Part shown: in pieces, positions 56,589 through 64,000 of the stretch
Numbering within the stretch: position 1 is the stretch's first letter
Layout: each line of letters opens with the position of its first letter
NCBI GenBank assembly: GCA_963844715.1
Contig: CAWJPJ010000005.1
Coordinates: 320,305-384,304 of the forward strand
From: an uncultured Phycisphaerales bacterium
Lineage (GTDB): Bacteria; Planctomycetota; Phycisphaerae; Tepidisphaerales; Tepidisphaeraceae
Direction of reading: 5' to 3'
Length of the DNA: 64,000 nt
The notes under the pieces: generated by a model
Database searches by the model: none
Seen by the model: the letters and a program-made list of their open reading frames with translations, nothing else
Told to the model about the DNA's origin: nothing
Program-made: the position numbers and the translations under genes

Positions 56589-57850
56589 TGACCTTTCCCC
56601 CTAAACCCGATCCATCCTGAATGATATATTTTGGGATGGATCAAGGAGAATAAAGGTCATGAGTCACAAGCGTCATACGACGGAACAAATCGTCAATAAA
56701 TTGCGTCAGGCGGACGTGGAACTGGCCAAGGGCCAGACCATCGCATCGGCGTGCAAGCTGATCGGGATCACCGATCAAACCTACTTCCGCTGGCGAAGGG
56801 AATATGGCGGATTGAAGGTCGATCAAGCGAAGCGATTCAAGGAACTGGAACAGGAGAACGCGCGTCTGAAGCGTCTGCTGGCGGACGCGGAGTTGGACAA
56901 GGCGATCCTGCGCGAGGCCGCCCGCCCAAACTTCTAAGCCCGGCGCGTCGGCGTGAAGCGGTGGATCGCGTCCAGGAAGAACTGGACGTCAGCCAGCGTC
57001 GAGCATGCCGGGTGCTGGGCCAGGCGCGAGCGGTGCAACGACATACTCCAGAAGTGAGAGAGGACGAGGCGCCGTTGACAGGCCGGATGGTGGAGTTGGC
57101 GGCGGTGTACGGGAGATACGGCACACCGCGGATCACAGCGATGCTCCAACAGGAAGGGTGGATCGTGAACCACAAACGGGTGGAACGAATCTGGCGGGAG
57201 TCGGGCCTGAAAGTGCCGGCAAAACAGCCGAAAAGGGGAAGACTCTGGCTCAACGACGGGAGCTGCGTGCGTTTGCGTCCGCAGCGAAAGGATCACGTGT
57301 GGGCATACGACTTCGTGAGCGGCCGGACGCACGATGGCGTGCCGTTCAAGATGCTGACGCTGGTGGACGAATACACGCGCGAATGCCTGGCGATTGATGT
57401 GGCGCGGAAGCTGACGAGTGACGATGTGCTGGAACGTCTGGCGTGGCTGATGGCGACACGCGGCGTGCCGGAGCACATCCGCAGCGACAATGGCCCGGAG
57501 TTCACGGCGACCATCGTAAGGGAGTGGCTGGCGAAAGTAGGCGTAAAAACCTTGTTCATCGAACCTGGCAGTCCGTGGGAAAATGGATACGTTGAAAGCT
57601 TCAATGGAAAACTTCGGGATGAATTGCTGGAACGGGAGATCTTCTACAGCCTGACGGAAGCGAAGGTACTGATCGAGATGTGGCGTAAACACTACAACAC
57701 GGTCCGTCCGCATAGCAGCCTGGGGTATCGTCCGCCGGCACCGGAGACGATTGCTGCTGGCCCGCCCTCCGCTGCGCTCCGGTCGGGCCAGCAGCAAAAT
57801 TCCGTGGAATCACTAACACAGGTTTTGGTATGATTCGTGGGGGAAGGTCA
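56589..57850 (+). mobile_element. Complete IS3-family element (IS407-group-like), 1262 bp
   Basis: TGACCTTTCCCC...GGGGGAAGGTCA ends, 4-bp ATCG duplication, orfA/orfB. Confidence 0.95.
56659..57833 (+). CDS. IS3 transposase OrfA (56659-56937) / OrfB, programmed -1 frameshift
   Basis: HTH OrfA; C CCA AAC slippery heptamer before the OrfA stop; WAYDF, RSDNGPEF, PWENGYVESFN DDE motifs. Confidence 0.93.
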
Positions 57851-57858
57851 ATCGCTAA

Positions 57859-58128
57859 ATGCCTGATCGAATTCGCTGGCCGCTAAATTCCGTAGAATGG
57901 ATTGAGGTCGTGCGAGGGCTAGGTTTATCAGCTCAGCAAGTGAAAATTGTTGAACTGGTGGTTTCGGCAAAGAAGGACAAACAAATCGCCGCTATGCTTG
58001 GGATAAAGCGTTCAACGGTTCGGACCCATCTGGGGCGGATCTTCGCCCACTTGGAAGTCGCAGACCGCATGGAACTCGCGCTGCGGGTCTTTACCGCTGT
58101 TTACGAGCGTTGCAAACGAAAGCCCTGA
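57859..58128 (+). CDS. Stand-alone LuxR-type HTH regulator
   Basis: LSAQQVKIVELV...KQIAAMLGIKRSTVRTHLGRIFAHL. Confidence 0.82.
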   Translation: MPDRIRWPLNSVEWIEVVRGLGLSAQQVKIVELVVSAKKDKQIAAMLGIKRSTVRTHLGRIFAHLEVADRMELALRVFTAVYERCKRKP

Positions 58129-58225
58129 GCGAGGTGTCATCCAAAGAGATGAACGAAATTACGTTGAGTCCATAAGCCAGAGAAATACAATTGCTGCGCC
58201 AGTTTGGGCGCTCCTGGGTGCCGGG

Positions 58226-58464
58226 TCATCTTGAATTGATGAGGCGTTTGACGGCTTCGAGAGGCTCCATGTTGCAGCCAGCGCACCATTCAAGGAACTC
58301 GGCGATGTCGATCCGTCGGCTGGCTGCTTCAGACTTGAAAACCCAGCTTTGAGACTTGCCGATGCGTGCGGCGAGTTCCCGTTGTGTTAAGCCTGCATTT
58401 AGGCGTACTTGCGCAAGAACGGAGGAACCTTGCGATAGATCAAAGCAAATTGACTTTTGGCCAC
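58226..58464 (-). CDS. XRE-family HTH regulator (apparent frameshift near 58408)
   Basis: R..AGLTQRELAARIGKSQSWVFKSE...RRIDIAEF. Confidence 0.8.
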
Positions 58465-58663
58465 ACCGATGGTTTATCCGGCCAAAATAGGCTTGAATCC
58501 GAATGGGATTCAGATAAAATCCTCTTATCCCAGCCGTCGGTACTGAAGCCGCTGTTTTTTGATCGAACGGCATCAATCGGTAGCAATTAAGGTTTGGGGA
58601 CAGGGCGGGGTCGTTTCAGCTCATATCCCTTCGGCGTGTCCGCTCCAATCATCAGGAGGCATC

Positions 58664-61600
58664 ATGCAACGTCGCAAATCTCGTCGGGCAACACACGCGA
58701 TTTCGCGTGCAGGCTATTCCATCGAACAACTGGAGCAACGCCTGCTGCTCACTGCTTCAATCAGCAATCCCACCGCCGACGGATTCCAAACGAGCTTGAC
58801 TTTGCCCTCTGGCGCCCAAACCTACATCTTCGGCCTTGTCACAGGCGGCGGAAATACAACCAGCACATTTGCTAATGGTTCTACAGAAACGGTTACAAAC
58901 GCGGCTCGGGAATGTGGGGGTTGGTCTGGCCGTCACCACGCAGCCAAGCAACAGCTTCACTACGGCAACGAGCTTCTACTCGATCGCCGGCGTCGGCGTG
59001 ACGGGCTACACCAATATGCAGGCGATGTACAACACTTATGTTGATCCAAACACCGGCGATTTGAGCGACACGGGAACTTTTGGAACTTCCGTTTCTTTCA
59101 CGTTGACGCAAACCGCGCTGGTCGTCGCGATGGGTGGCGGCAGCAGCCAGCAATCCATCAGCTTTAGCGGCGTTACCGGTTTATCCACCGATGCCGACGT
59201 TTCCGGCACGGGCGACGGCCTAGCCAACACGATCGGAATCGCACACGCGGTTCTTGGCCCCGGCACGTACACGATCAATCTGACGACGAACATCACATCC
59301 GATTTGCAGGAGCAGCAGGCGGTCGCCGATCTTTTGGGTGTGTATATCTTCACTGGCTCAGCGGCCGCCACCGGTCCTGTTGCCGCGGTGACCACTCCAA
59401 CGGGAACACAAGAGGGCTATGTCACGATCAATTACACGTTGACCGATCCCAATTCCGATCCAGCCAGCATTGTCGCCCAATATAGTCCCAACGGCGGCAC
59501 GACTTGGGAAACGGCAGTTGAGGGAAGCGGCGATAGCGGTACGACCGATCTAGCCACAAGCCCCTCAGGTGTCCCCCACACATTCGTCTGGGCAAGCGGT
59601 ACACCGGGAACCGACCTTGCAAATGTCTTGAATAATAACGTGGAATTCCGAATCATTCCGAGCCGCCGCTGATGGCACAGGTGCGGCGGCCTCCACCGGC
59701 CCATTCACTGTAGATGACATCGTCCCCAGCCTGACGGTGAACACGCCAACCAGTCCCCAGAGTGGCAACATAACGATCACTTACACCGTACTCGACGCAA
59801 ACTCCGATCCCGTTAATGTGGAGCCGTATTACAGCACCAACGATGGCTCCACGTGGAACCTCGCGACTTCCGCCGGTGGCGACGGACTCACCGACCTCAG
59901 TTCCAGCCCCTCAGGTACAGAACACACATTCATCTGGGCGAGCAATACCGATCTACCGAATACCTCTACTAGCGTGCTTTTCTCTTTCAGCGTTGTCGAA
60001 TCGCCAGGCAATCCGGGCAGCTACGGCGTGGGCGGACAGAGCGGTGCATTCACAGTTGATAATACGGCCCCACCCTCTCTGCAAATTGCGGTCATTCCAC
60101 CCTCGGGCGAGCCGACCGGTGATCTACCGCTTACTGGGCAGGTCGAGAGTGCATTGGGTGGGACATCTGGCCAACCAAACCAAGCAACGATTGCAGTGAT
60201 TAATAACCTTGATCTCTGGCTTCCCATTTCTGTCACTACAGGTACTCAGAACGTGTCCGCATCAAGTAACACTGTTAGCGGATTCCTATACAACAATTTA
60301 GGGATAATTTATCCGAATGGCACTGTCTCTTTCACCATGGACTTCACGACCCCGGGCAATGGGGTCTTAGCACAACAAGGATCTGCGACCGCGGACACAC
60401 CGTATGAATCAGCCTTTCTGCTTAATGCGTTAGAAGTGATCCTCTCGTCAGCCGATTTGCCCGCCCCATACAAAATGCTCACTTTGGTCGGGGAGCCATC
60501 CATAGGATCGTTGGTGACGCTAGTGAATACTCTGGAGTCGAGCCAAGCCCCCATGGGCCTCCAAAAGGCGATTGCCTTATTCGAATCGCCCCCCACGAAC
60601 CCTATTAGTATGGGAATAGATGAGGTTGAGGCTGGAGATGATCTTTTGCAAGTGTTCACCGATTCAGCGCAAAGGACGCAACTTGCAACAGAACTTGTAC
60701 AAGCGCTCGGTCTTTCGTCAGTAACCACGGTCGCCGCGAATATAGAAAGTTATGCCTTGGATAACGGATTACCATCGCTTTTGTTAATGTTAACGAATGC
60801 GGTGGATGATTTGGGTAATGAACTGGAGACATTATATCAGAATCTCACTGGGAACCCCACCAGCGGCGATGTGTTATTCACGGCAGTCCCTGAAAATATT
60901 GCTGCACCGTCCGCGATCATCAATAGTACAAACAGCGCGACCATAAGCTGGGGAGCTTTCACTCCCTCTGATGGGGAAAGCGTCGTGAGCTATACGGTAT
61001 CGTACGATGCCAATGGATTTTTGTGGGCCGATTCCAAACAGACCACAGGGACGTCACTCCCGCTGACCGGCTTGTCATCACTTGTGAACTACGATGCCTG
61101 GGTCGTAGCCAATGGCAACGACGGAGGCGAGTGGGCATTGGGTTGGTGCGGCTTTAACACGGGGGGTACGACGCCGCTTTCGCAGCTAGTGGTTTCTGTA
61201 CCCTCTCAGACCATTACGGCAGGAACGCCATTCACGTTGACTGTGGCAATACAAAATCAATACGGGAACACTCTGACCACTGATGACTCTGATGTAACAA
61301 TTGCTCTTAACCCTGATCCCACGCTATATGGCACGACAACAGTGCAGGCGATAAATGGCATCGCGACTTTCAGTGACCTCTATATTGATTTGAGCGGAAT
61401 TTACAGTTTCGTAGCAACGGATGCAACCGACGGCATCAGCACGACGACGCCATCCGCCCTCACCACGGTCACACCTGCAACTCCAGATCAATTGGTCTTC
61501 GTTCAACAGCCTACGAATACGATGGCCGGTAATGAAATAAATCCGGTGGTGACGGTGGATATTGAGGACCAATACGGCAACGTCCTGACCTCCGACGATT

Positions 61601-62430
61601 CGGCCCTGAGCTTGGCCATCGCTAGCGGGCCGACGGGCGGTCTTTTCACGCATTCGTCCGTCACGACAGTGGATGCCGTCGACGGTGTGGCCACGTTTGA
61701 GAATCTGACGTTGGACACAGCGGGGACCTACATTCTTGCCGCATCGGATGCGACCGATGGTTTTAATAATATCAACTCAAGCAGTTTCAACATCACGTCC
61801 ACCGCCGCATCGAAGTTAGTATTTATCCAGCAGCCGACCAATACAATAGCCGGCAATGTCATCAGCCCAGCCCTAACTGTGGCCGTCGAAGATCAATACG
61901 GCAACATCGTCACGACGAATGATTCCTATGTGACCCTGGCCCTGGGGAACAATTCCCCCTGCGGACAACGCTTCAATGGTGTCTTGACAGTCCAGGTCAA
62001 TGATGGCGTGGCGACTTTCAGCAACCTCTCGTTGACGAAGGCTGGAACCTACATACTCAAAGCGACCGACGGCAAGCTGGCTTCGGCCACATCAAGCAGC
62101 TTCCAGATCTTTCCCGCTGCTGCGGTACGCATGGTTTTCATCCAGGCGCCGCTGATCGACGTTACTGGAAAAAAATTCGGCGTCGAGGTCGAGTTGCTCG
62201 ACAAATACGGCAACATGGCGACCAACGATGCCTCCAGCGTCACGCTCTCGCTCGGGCCTGGGCTATATCCCAAGAGCGCCCTGCTGAGTGGGACGCTCAC
62301 GGCAAACGTGGTGAATGGGATTGCCGCATTCCACAATCTGTCGATCAACGACATCGGCTTTTACACGCTGCTGGCGACCGACAGCAATGGCAGTTTGTTT
62401 GCAGCGGAGGTTCCAATTCTTGTTGTTTGA
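58664..62430 (+). CDS. Large secreted/surface protein with LEPR-XLL-like N-terminus and Ig/FN3-like repeats (frameshifts near 58895 and 59665)
   Basis: AGGAGG RBS; IEQLEQRLLLT; two YSxxxGxTW repeats, FN3-like unit, four EDQYGN...G.ATF..L repeats. Confidence 0.82.
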
Positions 62431-62566
62431 CGGTCTATTTTTCGACTTCGGCCAGGAATCTTGTTTCGTAAAATGACTTTGATGGATGCCCAAAGCGATG
62501 TGATGATGCGATTTACAAATTTGATCGCATGGCTTTCCGATTCTGGAAAACCTGACAAGCGGGTGC

Positions 62567-63136
62567 TTACAGCAACGCAACGAATTCCCTCAGTCTTGCA
62601 GTGGTTTGGGCCAATTGTTGCTGGGTAAGGCAATCCAAGAATTCTTCCACCGTTTTTGGCGGATTTTTCAGGCTTTGGCGCTGCCGACGTGCCGCGGCGC
62701 AGACAGCCGGCGCATCCAGGTCGAGCAAGTGCGTCACAAAGACATCGGGATGTTGTGGTTCGATGCCAAGTGGATCGAGTATTTTGTCCGGAAAATCGTC
62801 GAGATTGAACGTCACGATCACATCGGCGCCGGCGCGGATAGCGGCAGCCAATACGTGGCGGTCATCGGGATCAGGCAATTGCAATCCGTCGATAAAACCT
62901 TCGTAGCCAGTAACGAGGCAATCGAGGACATGGGCATTCATTAGGTCGCGCGTTCGCTCAAGCTGCTGGCGTTTTAAATCGGGCCGATTGGCCAGAACGC
63001 TGCGCATCCATTCATCATGAATCTGGTCCGTCCACCGCGCGCGGAAAAGATCGGTCATCGCCTGATGCATCAGCAAGTCGCGCAGCGGGGCGGGGTACAG
63101 CACACAGGCGTCGTAAAGGGCCGTGAAACTTGCCAT
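62567..63136 (-). CDS. PIN-domain toxin (VapC-like)
   Basis: LYDACVLYP, LPDPDDRHVLAAA, IVTFNLDDFP motifs. Confidence 0.9.
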   Translation of the reverse strand: MASFTALYDACVLYPAPLRDLLMHQAMTDLFRARWTDQIHDEWMRSVLANRPDLKRQQLERTRDLMNAHVLDCLVTGYEGFIDGLQLPDPDDRHVLAAAIRAGADVIVTFNLDDFPDKILDPLGIEPQHPDVFVTHLLDLDAPAVCAAARRQRQSLKNPPKTVEEFLDCLTQQQLAQTTARLREFVALL

Positions 63137-63151
63137 TGAAGCGGCCCTTGC

Positions 63152-63601
63152 TCAATAGCCCATTTTGAGTTCCTGGGCTTGCGCGGCCAGTTCTTCCAGG
63201 GCCTTAAGCCGATGCTGATCGACTTTTTGGCGGTAAGCCAGCAGGTCGCTGAACAGCACACGGCGATGCGTGCCAACCTTGCGTGATGGGATTTTGCCCT
63301 CATCCAACAGCTTGACCAGGAACGGCCTGGACACGCCAAGCGCGTCCGCCGCCTGTTGCGTTGTCAATTCCGCATGAATGGGAACGAGTGTCACGGCATT
63401 GCCCGCGGCCATTTCCGACAGCAATCGAACCAACAGACGCACGGCCGATGCAGGAAGCGTGATCGCTTCGCCGTGTTTACCGGCGATTTGGATTTTCAGA
63501 TCGCGCTGGGCATAGCGCGCCAGCCGCCGGCTCGATTCGCTCGCCAATTGGGCTTCGGCCTCCGTGGGCGCGACAGGTTCACGCAGCGTTGCTGTGGACA
63601 T
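63152..63601 (-). CDS. Excisionase-family HTH antitoxin paired with the PIN gene
   Basis: ELTTQQAADALGVSRPFLVKLLDEGKIP..KVGTHRRV. Confidence 0.9.
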   Translation of the reverse strand: MSTATLREPVAPTEAEAQLASESSRRLARYAQRDLKIQIAGKHGEAITLPASAVRLLVRLLSEMAAGNAVTLVPIHAELTTQQAADALGVSRPFLVKLLDEGKIPSRKVGTHRRVLFSDLLAYRQKVDQHRLKALEELAAQAQELKMGY

Positions 63602-63675
63602 TGCTTGGGCTCCGGTTGGTCCTCAATTACTATATCGGACAAACGAAACAAAAGCAATAGTCGAAATAATCGAAA

Positions 63676-63874
63676 TTAATGGGTTTCCTCCTCCTTGGAT
63701 GCGGCAATCATGGCTACGATGCCGGCACGGATCGCGGGCGCGAGCCGTTGCCAGGCGGCGACTACCACAGCCAGGTGGGGATCGATTTGCTTGGCAGCGC
63801 CAAGCAAAACGCCAAGACAGTCGGTAGGATTTGCGTAACTGCCTGATTGGTCGGTGCTTGAGGCGTCTTGCTTC
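63676..63874 (-). other. Open frame abutting attR, encoding DPHLAVVVAAWQRLAPAIRAGIVAMI helical module
   Basis: In frame with the att core translation NGEGEIRTPATLSGRPVFETG; no ATG with an RBS ahead of the module inside the element. Confidence 0.6.
63796..63818 (+). repeat. Candidate integrase arm-type site (right)
   Basis: Identical to 44432-44454. Confidence 0.7.
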
Positions 63875-63936
63875 CCGGTTTCGAAAACCGGTCTGCCCGA
63901 AAGGGTAGCGGGAGTTCGAATCTCCCCCTCTCCGTT
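63875..63936 (+). repeat. attR: duplicated 3' portion of tRNA-Ser
   Basis: 62-bp identity with 44267-44328, starting at the anticodon stem. Confidence 0.95.
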
Positions 63937-64000
63937 TTTCTTCCCGCTGTAAATGCGGTGTTTGCAATTGGTTGTCGGTCTGCTTCGTCGCTTCATCTCC

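Larger units (their letters stand above)
44267..63936. mobile_element. Integrative, probably mobilizable element inserted in tRNA-Ser(CGA)
   Basis: Identical 62-bp direct repeats at 44267-44328 and 63875-63936; integrase, excisionase-like gene, relaxase, TA pair; no T4SS or phage structural genes. Confidence 0.93.

Noticed and set aside
63152..63601. HTH gene as the element's excisionase
   Set aside because: It is coupled to the PIN gene in a common TA arrangement; the AlpA-like gene next to the integrase is the better candidate.
44267..63936. Prophage or self-transmissible ICE
   Set aside because: No capsid, terminase, tail, coupling protein or T4SS genes are recognisable.
63875..63936. 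Second tRNA gene
   Set aside because: It lacks the 5' acceptor strand and D arm; it is the attR duplication.

Overview
GC-rich bacterial chromosome segment, most likely from a planctomycete (inferred from prepilin/H-X9-DG, LEPR-XLL-like, DUF4190 and MoxR-DUF58-transglutaminase genes). Many conserved genes, including ligA and tsaD, are split by single frameshifts. This looks like uncorrected indel error in the assembly, so split ORFs are reported as one gene. Bases 1-44.2 kb are mostly core genes plus a complete IS5-family insertion, several palindromic or heptamer repeats, and a cobalamin riboswitch in front of a pilin-like (DUF1559-type) gene. Bases 44267-63936 are a complete ~19.7 kb integrative, probably mobilizable element in tRNA-Ser(CGA), bounded by a perfect 62-bp direct repeat. 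It carries a tyrosine integrase, an AlpA-like excisionase, a relaxase with candidate oriT, an IS3, a large secreted Ig-repeat protein and a PIN toxin-antitoxin pair. It also carries a ~5 kb array of about ten integron-type gene cassettes with attC sites but no IntI. The most unusual features are: (1) the integrase reading frame runs through the att core, so excision would fuse it in frame to a different C-terminal module encoded at the far end of the element; (2) the IntI-less cassette array on this element; (3) a B12 riboswitch controlling a pilin-like protein; (4) a large nested stem-loop between the element's divergent regulators.
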